DNA from: an uncultured Pelagibacteraceae bacterium
Lineage (GTDB): Bacteria > Pseudomonadota > Alphaproteobacteria > Pelagibacterales > Pelagibacteraceae
NCBI GenBank assembly: GCA_902568875.1
Contig: CACFSG010000002.1
Coordinates: forward strand, 1,564 to 65,563
DNA: 64,000 nucleotides
Direction: 5' to 3'
Numbering within the stretch: the stretch's first letter is position 1; every line of letters starts with the position of its first letter. The position numbers and the translations under genes were made by a program. Positions 1-10,902 of this stretch are shown in pieces. The notes beneath the pieces were generated by a model. That model did not search any database and was not told the DNA's origin. It saw nothing but the letters and a program-made list of their open reading frames with translations.

Positions 1-2
1 TT

Positions 3-1145
3 AAACTTAAAACCATAGTTCCACAATTAATTACAGTTTTAGCTGTAATATTAGTTTTTGGTTTTTTTACCTATAATGCACAAATCAATATGGAAAATAG
101 AGGTATTGATTTTGGTTATGGTTTTTTATCTCAAGAATCTTCATTTGATGTTCAATTTTCTTTAATTGAATATGATGGATCTCATTCTTATTTCAGGGCT
201 TACTTAGTTGGTTTATTAAATACTATACTTGTATCAGTAATTGGAATAATTATTGCAACAGTAATTGGTGTAATAGTTGGTATTGCTAGACTATCTCCAA
301 ATTATTTAATTAATAAATTTGCAGCTTTTTATGTAGAATTTTTCAGAAATATCCCATTACTTTTGCAAATATTTTTTTGGTATTTTGCAGCATTAAGAGC
401 TTTACCTTTACCTCAAGATGCAGAAGCAATGTTTGGTGTATTTTTTTTAACTATAAAAGGTTTATATGTTCCAGCCTTTATTTGGGAAAATTTAAATATC
501 TTTTTTTATTCGTTAGTTGCAGCAGTAATCTCAATTATAATAATAAAAACTTATGCAAAAAAAGTACAAGAAACCCAAGGTAAACAAATACCAGTTTTTT
601 TAATTGGAATTGGATTAATTTTTTCATTACCTTTATTAAGTTTTTTAATTGGAGGAGTAAATCTTTCATTTGAAGTTCCTAAATTAAAACAATTAGCAAC
701 AACATCATTTATTTATGAAGGTGGTGTAAGTTTACCACCTGAACTTATAGCTTTAACATTATCTTTATCTTTATATACAGCAACTTTTATAGCAGAATGT
801 GTAAGGGCAGGAATACAAGGTGTTGGTAAAGGTCAAAAAGAAGCTGCAGCATCAATTGGACTTACACCAAATCAAGTACTTAAGCTTGTAATAATGCCTC
901 AAGCTTTAAGAATAATAATTCCACCAACTACCAATCAATATTTGAATTTAACTAAAAATTCATCTTTAGCAGCAGCTATTGCTTATCCTGATTTAGTATT
1001 AGTATTTGCAGGAACTGCTTTGATGCAAACAGGTAAAGCAATCGAAATTGTTTCAATAACTATGTTAACTTACTTAAGTTTAAGTGTTTCAATTTCAATA
1101 TTGATGAATTGGTATAATAAAAAAATAGCAATTAAAGAAAAATAA
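3..1145 (+). CDS. aapQ: General L-amino acid ABC transporter permease (AapQ/BztB/YhdX-like), 5' end outside window
   Basis: The frame of the ATG at 90 is open back to position 3 (KLKTIVPQLITVLAVILVFGFF...). It has the YVEFFRNIPLL motif, an EAA loop (KGQKEAAASIGL) and NLTKNSSLA, and lies upstream of a second permease and an ATPase. Confidence 0.85.
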   Translation, partial: KLKTIVPQLITVLAVILVFGFFTYNAQINMENRGIDFGYGFLSQESSFDVQFSLIEYDGSHSYFRAYLVGLLNTILVSVIGIIIATVIGVIVGIARLSPNYLINKFAAFYVEFFRNIPLLLQIFFWYFAALRALPLPQDAEAMFGVFFLTIKGLYVPAFIWENLNIFFYSLVAAVISIIIIKTYAKKVQETQGKQIPVFLIGIGLIFSLPLLSFLIGGVNLSFEVPKLKQLATTSFIYEGGVSLPPELIALTLSLSLYTATFIAECVRAGIQGVGKGQKEAAASIGLTPNQVLKLVIMPQALRIIIPPTTNQYLNLTKNSSLAAAIAYPDLVLVFAGTALMQTGKAIEIVSITMLTYLSLSVSISILMNWYNKKIAIKEK

Positions 1146-1146
1146 A

Positions 1147-2589
1147 ATGTCAAAAATAAATTTTCTAAAACCTGATAAGTCTAATTTACAAATATTTTTA
1201 TATTCAGGTACTTTTTTATTTTTTATTAGTATTTTAGATGTTTTTTTAAACGCTTTTTTTAGGGTAAATTTAACCTTTTTTTTACCAGGTTTTTTAAGTT
1301 TTCTATTACCATTAATACTAGGTTTTATAGGACTTTATTTCATTAGAATTGAACTAAGTGGAGTAAAAAAATTAGACCTTATAAATAAGCATATAAATAC
1401 AAATAATTTCAATGCTATTTTATCTTTGTTAATTATTTTTGTGATTATTAAATCAATTCCTCCAATATTAAGTTGGTTCTTTATAGAAGCAAGTTTTGCA
1501 GGTGATACAAAAGATGTTTGTACAGGATCAGGAGCTTGCTGGACTTATATTAAAGTTTGGTTTAGACGATTTATGTATGGAATGTATCCAAATGCAGAAC
1601 AGTGGAGAATAAATCTATCATTTATAGCTTTGGCATTACTTGGATCAGTTGGATACTTTGCTACAGATAAGTTTAAAAAATACTTAACACTTTATTATGT
1701 TGTAATCTATCCACTTATTGCATTTTTATTTATTTTTTTCTTCATTTCAGGTGGTCCAATATTCTTTGATTTTTCTTATGGTATAATTGCTGCAATAATA
1801 TCTATTATTGTTGGTTTTTTTATTCCTAGTAAGTTTAAATTTTATTATTTTTTAATTATTCCATTTGCGCTTTATATAATTTTAAAATATTTCATTTTTT
1901 TTGAAGAAGCTATTGAATTAGGAAAATTAGATGGTTTAAATTGGGTAGAAACCGGTGCATGGGGTGGATTATCATTAACTTTTATAATTTCTTTTTTCTG
2001 TTTAATTTTCTGTTTTCCAATAGGAATGGCTTTTGCATTAGGTAGAAGATCAGGATTTCCATTAATTAGATATATATCCATTGGCTTCATTGAATTTTGG
2101 AGAGGAGTTCCTTTAATTACTGTTCTATTTATGTCAGCAGTTATGTTCCCAATGTTTTTACCAGAAGACTTTTTTATTGATAAATTAGTAAGAGCCATAA
2201 TAGCTATTTCATTATTTGAAGCCGCTTATGTTGCTGAAGTAATTAGAGGTGGTTTACAAGCACTTCCTAGAGGTCAGTATGAAGCTGCTAAATCTTTAGG
2301 TATGGGTTATTGGAAAATGCATATATTTGTAATTTTACCTCAAGCTTTAAAATTAGTAATTCCTGGAATTGCCAATACTTTTTTAGCTTTAGTAAAAGAT
2401 ACTCCATTAATCTTCGTAGTTGGTCTATTAGAAATAGTAGGAATGTTAAATTTAGCTAAAACTAATCCTAAATGGTTAGGTTTTGCTATGGAAGGTTATG
2501 TATTTGCTGCAATAATTTTCTGGATTATTTGTTATGCAATGAGTAAATATAGTTATAATTTAGAACAAAAATATAAAACTGATAGATAA
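1147..2589 (+). CDS. aapM: Amino acid ABC transporter permease (AapM/BztC/YhdY-like), long form
   Basis: GACW, WGGLSLT, IEFWRGVPLI and RGQYEAAKSLG motifs; very hydrophobic. Confidence 0.85.
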   Translation: MSKINFLKPDKSNLQIFLYSGTFLFFISILDVFLNAFFRVNLTFFLPGFLSFLLPLILGFIGLYFIRIELSGVKKLDLINKHINTNNFNAILSLLIIFVIIKSIPPILSWFFIEASFAGDTKDVCTGSGACWTYIKVWFRRFMYGMYPNAEQWRINLSFIALALLGSVGYFATDKFKKYLTLYYVVIYPLIAFLFIFFFISGGPIFFDFSYGIIAAIISIIVGFFIPSKFKFYYFLIIPFALYIILKYFIFFEEAIELGKLDGLNWVETGAWGGLSLTFIISFFCLIFCFPIGMAFALGRRSGFPLIRYISIGFIEFWRGVPLITVLFMSAVMFPMFLPEDFFIDKLVRAIIAISLFEAAYVAEVIRGGLQALPRGQYEAAKSLGMGYWKMHIFVILPQALKLVIPGIANTFLALVKDTPLIFVVGLLEIVGMLNLAKTNPKWLGFAMEGYVFAAIIFWIICYAMSKYSYNLEQKYKTDR

Positions 2590-2592
2590 AAT

Positions 2593-3327
2593 ATGTCTGA
2601 AAGTATTATTCAAATAAAAAATATGAATAAATGGTTTGGAGATTTCCAAGTTTTAAAAGAAATTAATTTAGAAGTTAAACCAAAAGAAAAAATTGTAGTA
2701 TGTGGGCCATCAGGATCAGGTAAGTCAACTTTAATCAGATGTATTAATAGATTGGAAGAACATCAAAAAGGAAATATTATTGTTGATGGAACAGAGTTAA
2801 CCGAGGATACAAAAAATATAGAACAAATTAGAGCAGAAGTTGGAATGGTATTTCAACAATTTAATTTGTTTCCTCATTTATCTATTTTAGATAATTGTAC
2901 TTTAGCTCCCATTTGGGTAAAAAAAATGCCTAAAAAAGAGGCAGAAGAATTAGCATTAAAACATTTAGAAAGAGTACAAATACTTGATCAAGCACAAAAA
3001 TATCCAGGTCAATTATCTGGTGGACAACAACAAAGATGTGCTATTGCACGAGCTTTGTGCATGGAACCTAAAATAATGCTTTTTGATGAACCCACATCAG
3101 CTTTAGACCCGGAAATGATCAAAGAAGTATTAGATGTTATGGTAAATTTAGCAAAACAAGGTATGACAATGATCGTTGTTACTCACGAAATGGGTTTTGC
3201 TAAGGAAGTTGCTGATCAAATGATTTTTATGGATGAAGGTATGATAGTAGAAAAAGCCGATACTAAAGATTTTTTTGCAAATCCAAAAAGTGACAGGACC
3301 AAACTTTTTTTGAGCCAGATACTATAG
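2593..3327 (+). CDS. aapP: Amino acid ABC transporter ATP-binding protein (AapP/BztD/YhdZ-like)
   Basis: Walker A GPSGSGKS, signature LSGGQQQR, Walker [12 protein letters not shown]. Confidence 0.9.
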   Translation: MSESIIQIKNMNKWFGDFQVLKEINLEVKPKEKIVVCGPSGSGKSTLIRCINRLEEHQKGNIIVDGTELTEDTKNIEQIRAEVGMVFQQFNLFPHLSILDNCTLAPIWVKKMPKKEAEELALKHLERVQILDQAQKYPGQLSGGQQQRCAIARALCMEPKIMLFDEPTSALDPEMIKEVLDVMVNLAKQGMTMIVVTHEMGFAKEVADQMIFMDEGMIVEKADTKDFFANPKSDRTKLFLSQIL

Positions 3328-3489
3328 TAGGCGCTAATTTCAAGAAATATTTTTCAAATAAAGCAATAAGTAATGCTTGACATATTTCTTGTATTTAAGG
3401 GTTTTTCTTAAAAAATAAAAAAATTTATAGTTGCAGGAGGTATTAAAAACTAGTTGAATAAGTTTTTAAAAAAATTAAGAGGGGTCTTA

Positions 3490-3861
3490 ATGGAAGATAA
3501 TTTTAACAAACACTTAGGTAATAAACTTAAGTTAAGAAGATTGGCACTAGGTTTAACGCAAACAAAAGTCGCTAAAGCAATCAACGTTACATTTCAACAA
3601 ATTCAAAAATATGAAAAAGGTACTAATGGAGTAAGTTCAATAAGATTATTGCAACTTTCAAATTATTTGAAAGTACCAATTAATTATTTTTTTGAAGATT
3701 TTTCAGAATACTTAATAAATATTGAAAAATCTAAAGAAGGTCATATGAATGTTAATTATAATTTTTTGGTAAAATTATATACTGAATTAAATGCTGACCA
3801 AAAACTAAAATTTAATAAATCTTTACAGGTATCAAGTAACAATATTTCTAAGGTCGGATAA
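3490..3861 (+). CDS. XRE/HTH_3 family transcriptional regulator
   Basis: LGLTQTKVAKAINVTFQQIQKYEKGTN is a typical alphaproteobacterial XRE helix-turn-helix. The ATG at 3490 follows AGAGGGG; the ORF track's TTG at 3454 is less likely. Confidence 0.85.
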   Translation: MEDNFNKHLGNKLKLRRLALGLTQTKVAKAINVTFQQIQKYEKGTNGVSSIRLLQLSNYLKVPINYFFEDFSEYLINIEKSKEGHMNVNYNFLVKLYTELNADQKLKFNKSLQVSSNNISKVG

Positions 3862-3865
3862 AATT

Positions 3866-3941
3866 TGGCTCCTCGGGCAGGACTCGAACCTGCGACCAAT
3901 TGATTAACAGTCAACTGCTCTACCAACTGAGCTACCGAGGA
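3866..3941 (-). tRNA. tRNA-Asn(GTT)
   Basis: Reverse complement TCCTCGGTAGCTCAGTTGGTAGAGCAGTTGACTGTTAATCAATTGGTCGCAGGTTCGAGTCCTGCCCGAGGAGCCA; cloverleaf, anticodon GTT, encoded CCA. Confidence 0.97.
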
Positions 3942-3989
3942 ATATAAAAAAACAACTTACTTTTTTTTTAAACTAAAACAAGATTTTTT

Positions 3990-4063
3990 TGGAGGCAACG
4001 CCCGGAATCGAACCGGGATACAAGGATTTGCAATCCTCTGCGTAACCATTCCGCCACGTTGCC
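3990..4063 (-). tRNA. tRNA-Cys(GCA)
   Basis: Reverse complement GGCAACGTGGCGGAATGGTTACGCAGAGGATTGCAAATCCTTGTATCCCGGTTCGATTCCGGGCGTTGCCTCCA; anticodon GCA, 74 nt. Confidence 0.97.
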
Positions 4064-4184
4064 ATGTGTTTTAGTAGATAGCTACAAGGAGTTTTATATT
4101 AAATATTTGTAATTAGTCTATTAAATAACGATCTAATTTGATTATTGTTAATTTAAATTATTAAATTATAAACTACTAATACCC

Positions 4185-6813
4185 ATGAATAGTGATAAAT
4201 ATATACATTCTGAAGTAGAAGATAAAATTTATTCTTATTGGGAAAAAAACCAATTATTTAAACCTAAAAAAAAACTCTAAAAAGTTTTCAATTGTTATAC
4301 CACCACCAAATGTAACTGGAAGTTTACATATGGGTCATGCATTAAATAATTCAATTCAAGATCTTTTAATTCGTTATTATCGAATGAATAATTATGAAAC
4401 TTTATGGCAACCAGGAACAGACCATGCAGGAATTGCCACTCAAGCTCTTGTTGAGCAAAAACTAGAAAAAGAAAATCTTAATAAAAATAATCTAGGTAGA
4501 GAAAAATTTGTTAAAAAAGTATGGGAATGGAAAAATCAATATGGTGACATAATTATTAATCAACTTAAAAAACTTGGTTGTTCGTGTGATTGGTCTAGAA
4601 ATGCATTTACGATGGATGAAAATCTATCAAAATCTGTGATTAAGGTTTTTGTTGAATTACATAAAAAGAAATTAATCTATAAAGCTGAAAAATTAGTTAA
4701 TTGGGATACCGTTCTAAAAACAGCAATATCTGATTTAGAAGTAGATCAGAGAGAGATGAACTCTAAGATTTACTATATAAGGTACCCAATAGATAAATCA
4801 GGCGAATTTATCACTATTGCCACAACAAGACCTGAAACTATGCTTGGAGATACTGCGGTCGCAGTTAACCCAAAAGATAAAAGATATAAAAAATATGTGG
4901 GCAAAACTGTTACTATTCCAATTGTTGGTAGAAAAATTAAAATTATAAAGGATAATTACGCTGACCCAGAACAAGGAACAGGTGCTTTAAAAATTACTCC
5001 TGCACATGATTTTAATGACTATGATGTAGGCCAAAGAAACAAATTAGAAATTATAAACGTTTTTACTATAGATGGTAAAATTAATAACAATGCCCCAGGT
5101 TCTTATATTGGTTTAGATAGATTTGAGGCGCGTAAAAAAATATTACAAGAATTAAAAGAAAAAGATTTTTTTGTTAAAGAAGAAAATATCAAAAATAAAG
5201 TTCCATATGGTGATAGATCAAATTCAGTTATTGAACCTTTCTTAACAGAACAATGGTTTGTTAATGCTAAAAAATTATCTATCAAAGCTAAGAAAATAGT
5301 TAAATCTAAGAAAACAAATTTTTTTCCAGCCAATTGGTCTAAAACTTATTTTCAATGGATGAATAATATTGAACCATGGTGTGTTTCTAGACAACTTTGG
5401 TGGGGTCATCAAATACCAGCTTGGTATGGACCTGATAAGAAGATTTTTGTAGCAACTAACGAAGTAGATGCAAAAAAAGAAGCTAAAAAATTTTATAAAA
5501 AAGATGTGAGACTTATTCGAGATCCAGATGTTTTAGATACTTGGTTTTCATCTGGCTTATGGCCTTTTGCAACATTAGGTTGGCCGGATAAAAAAGATTT
5601 TGTTAAGAAGTTTTATCCTACAACTGTTTTAGTTACTGGTTTTGATATTATTTTTTTCTGGGTTGCAAGAATGATGATGTTTGGAATGGAGTTTTTAAAT
5701 AAAGAACCATTTAAAGATATTTATGTTCATGCCTTAGTAAGAGATGAAAAGGGACAAAAAATGTCTAAATCAAAAGGAAATGTAATTGATCCACTAGATT
5801 TAATAGAAAAATATAGTGCGGATGCTTTAAGATTTACTCTTCTTTCTATGGCATCTCCTGGAACAGATGTAAAACTTTCTGAAGATAGAGTTAAAGGTTA
5901 TAGAAACTTTTTAAACAAATTGTGGAATGCTAATAATTTTTTAATCACTAATAAATGTGATTTTAATAAAACTGATAAAGTTCCTAAAAGCACGTTAAAC
6001 ATAAATAAATGGATTTATTCTGAACTTATTCAAACTAAAGATAAAATAGAAAAAAATCTTAAAGACTATCGATTTGATGAGGCTGCTAAAAACGCCTATC
6101 AGTTTGCATGGCATTCATATTGTGATTGGTATATTGAGCTTTCAAAAACTATTTTGTTTTCTGACGATGAAAAAGCCAAAAAAGAAGTAAAAGAGGTATC
6201 TTCATACATATTCAAGCAAATTCTTATTATTCTCCATCCATTTATTCCATTTGTAACTGAAAAAATTTGGCTAAAAAACAAATTTGATAAATCAAACAAG
6301 AATTTCCTTATGCATGCAAATTGGCCATCGGGCAAATCTAAAAAAGACCAATCTATGAAGGATGTAGAAAAGATTATAAATGTTATTTCTGAATTAAGAT
6401 CTTTTAAAAATGAATTAAACGTTAGCCCTGGCTCATTTATTGATATTTCAATTAATAAAATAAATAAAAAGAATAAAACCTTGATGAATAATAATGAAAT
6501 AATTCTTAAAAAACTTGGTCGTATAAACAATTTTTTCGATAAGGACCAACAAAAACCATCTGCTACTTTGGTTATTTCAGGTGATATATTTAAGATCTAT
6601 TTTGACGAAAATGTTGATTTAAGTTTGATAAAAGAAAATTTGGTTAAAAGACAGAATAAATATCAAGAAGAAATGAATAAGATATCTCAACGATTATCTA
6701 ATAAAGGATTTACTGATAGAGCACCAAAAAATATTGTTGAACAAGAAAAAACTAACTATAGTAACTTAAAAGATGATATCAAAAAAATATCATTAACAAT
6801 TAAAAGTTTATAA
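4185..6813 (+). CDS. valS: Valine--tRNA ligase, with an apparent one-base insertion in the A9 run at 4266-4274
   Basis: ATG 4185 gives [28 protein letters not shown], and another frame continues [23 protein letters not shown]. Also has KMSKS, DTWFSS and the C-terminal coiled coil. Confidence 0.93.
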
Positions 6814-8531
6814 TGCGGAAATTTAACAAAAAAAAACTACCTAGCAGACATACTTCTTTAGGTCCTGATAGAGCACCACATAGATCTTTTTACTATGCAA
6901 TGGGTGAAACTGAAAAAGATGTTTCAAAACCTTTTGTGGGTGTTGTATCGACATGGAACGAAGCTGCTCCATGCAATATAGCTTTAATGAGACAAGCTCA
7001 ATCAGTTAAAAAAGGTGTTAGAGCTTCAGGAGGTACTCCAAGAGAATTTTGTACTATTACAGTCACAGATGGTATTGCAATGGGTCATGAAGGAATGAAA
7101 TCTTCATTAATTTCTAGAGAAGTTATAGCAGACTCTGCAGAACTTACTGTTAGAGGACATTGTTATGATGCATTAGTAGGTATCGCAGGTTGTGATAAAT
7201 CATTACCAGGTTTAATGATGTCGATGGTTCGATTAAACGTTCCAAGTGTATTTATTTATGGTGGTTCAATACTTCCAGGAAAATACAAGGGTAAAGATGT
7301 AACTGTTGTAGATGTATTTGAAGCTGTAGGAAAACATTCTTCAGGACAAATGTCAGCGAAAGAATTAAGAAAGTTAGAATTAGTTGCATGTCCAACTGCA
7401 GGTGCGTGTGGCGGTCAATTTACTGCAAATACGATGGCCTGTGTTTCAGAAGCAATTGGTTTAGCTTTACCATATTCAGCTGGCACCCCAGCTCCATATG
7501 AAGAAAGAGATAAGTACGCCAAATTAAGTGGTAAAATGGTAATGGAGTTATTAGCCAAAAAAATTAAACCAAGAGATATTGTAACAAAAAAAGCTCTTGA
7601 AAATGCTGCAACGATTGTTGCTGCAACTGGCGGTTCAACTAATGCAGCGTTACACTTACCAGCAATTGCTAATGAAGCAGGAATTAAATTTGATTTAATG
7701 GATGTTGCAAAAATTTTTAAAAGAACTCCTTATCTTGCAGATTTAAAACCAGGTGGAAAATATGTTGCAAAAGATATGTGGTTAGCGGGTGGGGTGCCAA
7801 TGTTATTAAAAACTCTTTATGACGGTGGTTATATTCACGGCAACTGCATGACAGTTACTGGTAAAACAATGAAAGAAAATTTAAGAGGAATAAAATTTAA
7901 TCCAAAACAAAAAGTTTTAAGAGCTTATAATAAACCATTATCACCAGATGGTGGAGTGGTTGGGTTAAAAGGTAATTTAGCTCCTGATGGAGGAATTGTT
8001 AAAATTGCTGGATTAAAAAAATTACAGTTTACTGGAAGAGCAAGATGTTTTGATAATGAAGAAAGTGCAATGAAAGCTGTTCAAAGTAGAAAATATAAAG
8101 ATGGTGATGTAATTATTATTAGATATGAAGGACCAGTAGGTGGCCCAGGTATGAGAGAAATGCTTTCAACAACTGGTGCTATTTATGGACAAGGTAAAGG
8201 AGAGAAGGTTGCTTTAATAACAGATGGAAGGTTCTCTGGAGCCACAAGAGGCTTTTGTGTAGGTCACGTTGGACCTGAGGCAGCTTTAGGAGGTCCTATC
8301 GCTCTTTTACGTAATGGAGATATGATTGATATTGATGCTAAAAAGGGAACAATTAATGTTCGATTAACTAGAGCTCAATTAGCTTCAAGAAGAAGAAAAT
8401 GGAAGGCTAGAAAATCTGATTTTGGATCAGGTACACTTTGGAAATATGCGCAAACAGTTGGACCTGCTTATTTAGGAGCACCAACTCATCCAGGTAAGAA
8501 AAAAGAAGTTAAGGATTACTCAAAAATTTAA
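6813..8531 (+). CDS. ilvD: Dihydroxy-acid dehydratase
   Basis: [40 protein letters not shown] and TDGRFSG motifs. Confidence 0.95.
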   Translation: MRKFNKKKLPSRHTSLGPDRAPHRSFYYAMGETEKDVSKPFVGVVSTWNEAAPCNIALMRQAQSVKKGVRASGGTPREFCTITVTDGIAMGHEGMKSSLISREVIADSAELTVRGHCYDALVGIAGCDKSLPGLMMSMVRLNVPSVFIYGGSILPGKYKGKDVTVVDVFEAVGKHSSGQMSAKELRKLELVACPTAGACGGQFTANTMACVSEAIGLALPYSAGTPAPYEERDKYAKLSGKMVMELLAKKIKPRDIVTKKALENAATIVAATGGSTNAALHLPAIANEAGIKFDLMDVAKIFKRTPYLADLKPGGKYVAKDMWLAGGVPMLLKTLYDGGYIHGNCMTVTGKTMKENLRGIKFNPKQKVLRAYNKPLSPDGGVVGLKGNLAPDGGIVKIAGLKKLQFTGRARCFDNEESAMKAVQSRKYKDGDVIIIRYEGPVGGPGMREMLSTTGAIYGQGKGEKVALITDGRFSGATRGFCVGHVGPEAALGGPIALLRNGDMIDIDAKKGTINVRLTRAQLASRRRKWKARKSDFGSGTLWKYAQTVGPAYLGAPTHPGKKKEVKDYSKI

Positions 8532-9721
8532 TGAAAATTCGTCCAGTCATTTTATGTGGTGGAGCAGGAACTAGACTTTGGCCCAAAGCTAAAAAACATC
8601 AAGCAAAACAGTTTATAGATTTTGGTAATTGGACTTTATTAGGAAAAACTCTTGAGAGAGTTAAAGCTTCTTTATTTGATGCACCAATTATAAGCACTAA
8701 TGCAAAATATTTAAGACAAGTAAAACAACACTTAAAGAAACATAAAATAAGAAAATTTAAAATAGTTTTAGAGCCAGCTAAAAGAAATACAGCACCAGCC
8801 ATTTTAAGTACGGCATTAATAAAAGATATTCCAAATGAACAACCATTAATGTTCTTGGCCGCTGATCATTTGATAGAGAAGGTTGGTTTATTCAATAAAG
8901 CTATTAAAAAAAATCAAAAAAAACTTACTCATAATAATATCTTTATCTTTGGAATTAAGCCTACAATGCCCTCAAGTGAATTTGGTTATTTTCTAACAAA
9001 AAATACCAAAGTAACTAGATTTGTAGAAAAACCTAAACAGGCAAAAGCTAAACAAATAATTAGTAAAAAAGGTTATTGGAATTCTGGTATGTTTTATTTG
9101 AGAAAAGACTCCATTATTAATAATTTCAAGAAATACCAACCAAATATTTACCGAAACTGTAACAAAGCTGTAACAAAAGCAAAATATAAAAGTAATGTGT
9201 ATTATTTAAACAAACAAGCATTTACCAAAGCAACAGCTAAGTCTTTTGACTATGCAATATTAGAAAAAACTAAAGATATAAATGCGATCAAATTAGATAT
9301 TCCTTGGTCTGACTTAGGTTCTTGGAAAGAAATCTGTAAAATGTATGGAAGAAATAAAAGACGTTATTATAAAAAGAAGAATGTATTTCATAGACCTTGG
9401 GGTAGTTATGTTAATTTATTCAATGGTAAAGAATTCTTAATTAAAGAATTATATGTAAAACCAAAAGGTATATTAAGTCTTCAAAAACATCATCATAGAG
9501 CTGAGCACTGGGTGGTTACTCATGGCAAACCTAAAATTACTTTAAATAAGAAATATTTTACAATGAAACCTGATGAAACTATTTTTATTCCACTTGGTGC
9601 AATCCATAGAATAGAAAATCAATATAAAAAACCAGTAAAAATTATTGAGGCTCAAGTAGGATCAATTCTAAAAGAAACAGATATTGTAAGATTTCAGGAT
9701 GTGTACGGAAGAGTAAAGTAG
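8531..9721 (+). CDS. manC: Mannose-1-phosphate guanylyltransferase / cupin-type mannose-6-phosphate isomerase (ManC/AlgA-like), compact form
   Basis: VILCGGAGTRLWP, EPAKRNTAPA, FVEKP, WNSGMF and WSDLGSW, then the cupin domain RPWG...LSLQKHHHRAEHW. Confidence 0.88.
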   Translation: MKIRPVILCGGAGTRLWPKAKKHQAKQFIDFGNWTLLGKTLERVKASLFDAPIISTNAKYLRQVKQHLKKHKIRKFKIVLEPAKRNTAPAILSTALIKDIPNEQPLMFLAADHLIEKVGLFNKAIKKNQKKLTHNNIFIFGIKPTMPSSEFGYFLTKNTKVTRFVEKPKQAKAKQIISKKGYWNSGMFYLRKDSIINNFKKYQPNIYRNCNKAVTKAKYKSNVYYLNKQAFTKATAKSFDYAILEKTKDINAIKLDIPWSDLGSWKEICKMYGRNKRRYYKKKNVFHRPWGSYVNLFNGKEFLIKELYVKPKGILSLQKHHHRAEHWVVTHGKPKITLNKKYFTMKPDETIFIPLGAIHRIENQYKKPVKIIEAQVGSILKETDIVRFQDVYGRVK

Positions 9722-9724
9722 TTT

Positions 9725-10882
9725 ATGGAACTTTTAACATTTGTTTTGTTAATCATAATAGCTATTTTGTTATTTTTTCTTTTAAAAAAAGAAAGAGTCT
9801 TAGGTATTAATACTGAAGTTAAAATTGAAGATAATAAGTTAAATGAAGATGAAAGTAAAAAATATAGAGAAACTATTTATAATCTTTTAAATTACATTCC
9901 AGAAGGAATTATAATTTTAAATAAATCTAAGGAAATAATATTCAGCAACAGTTCAGCCAGTAAAAGATTTCAAACAAAGTTGAACGAAAATATAAGTGGA
10001 TTTTTAAGAAATCCTGACTTGTTAAGTTCAATTGAAAAAGCTTTTAATGGAGAAAATTCTAATGATCTAGAAATAGAGCTACGAAACCCTTCAGTTCTTA
10101 GAATGAACGTAACAATCTACCAAGATAATCATAATTTATTTTTTGATGAGCCATCTTGTTTGCTTTTTATGAGAGATTTAACTGAATTTCATAAATTTCA
10201 ACAACTGAAATCAGACTTTGTTGCAAATGTTTCCCACGAATTAAGAACTCCACTCCAATCTATTAAAATGGGACTTGAGACATTTGAAAATAATGCTGAT
10301 TTAAAAAAAAACTCTGAAGTTACTAATTTATTACCAGTAATGACCTCCCAATCAGAAAGGATGGAAAATTTAATAAGAGATTTGTTATCTCTATCGAAAA
10401 TTGAGTTGCAAGAGCATATAAGACCAACTCATGAAATAGATTTAATAGAAGTGCTTAGTTACGTGATGAAGACTTATGAAAACATTGTTAAAAAAAATAA
10501 CATTAATTTAAATCTGCAAAAAACTGAGAATTTCAAAATTATTGGTGATCGAGATAAATTAATAGAAATTTTTACTAATCTCATTGATAATTCAATTAAA
10601 TATAGTGAGAAGGGTAAAGAAATTAAAATTGCTACAAAAAAAGAGGGTGATTTAAATATTGTCTCGATATCAGATCAAGGGGTAGGAATTCCTAAAGAAT
10701 TTATACATAGAATCACTGAAAGATTTTTCACTGTTGATCCTAGCAAAAGTCGTAGTGTTGGTGGAACAGGCTTAGGTCTTGCTATTGTTAAGCACCTTGT
10801 TTCTCAACATAGAGGCGAAATGATTATCAATAGTGAGGAAAATCAAGGAACTACTATAGATTTGAAATTTAATTCAATTTAA
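9725..10882 (+). CDS. phoR: Phosphate regulon sensor histidine kinase
   Basis: N-terminal TM, PAS-like region, H-box FVANVSHELRTPL, N-box NLIDNSIKYS, ERFF..DPSKSRSVGGTGLGLAIVKH; adjacent to pstS. Confidence 0.92.
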   Translation: MELLTFVLLIIIAILLFFLLKKERVLGINTEVKIEDNKLNEDESKKYRETIYNLLNYIPEGIIILNKSKEIIFSNSSASKRFQTKLNENISGFLRNPDLLSSIEKAFNGENSNDLEIELRNPSVLRMNVTIYQDNHNLFFDEPSCLLFMRDLTEFHKFQQLKSDFVANVSHELRTPLQSIKMGLETFENNADLKKNSEVTNLLPVMTSQSERMENLIRDLLSLSKIELQEHIRPTHEIDLIEVLSYVMKTYENIVKKNNINLNLQKTENFKIIGDRDKLIEIFTNLIDNSIKYSEKGKEIKIATKKEGDLNIVSISDQGVGIPKEFIHRITERFFTVDPSKSRSVGGTGLGLAIVKHLVSQHRGEMIINSEENQGTTIDLKFNSI

Positions 10883-10902
10883 TTCAACTAAAAAGTTAGC
10901 CT

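Noticed and set aside
3490-4063. XRE regulator next to tRNA-Asn/tRNA-Cys as a prophage or integrative-element remnant
   Set aside because: No integrase, no duplicated tRNA 3' end and no phage genes. The XRE protein resembles a common chromosomal alphaproteobacterial family, and the tRNA sites appear unoccupied.
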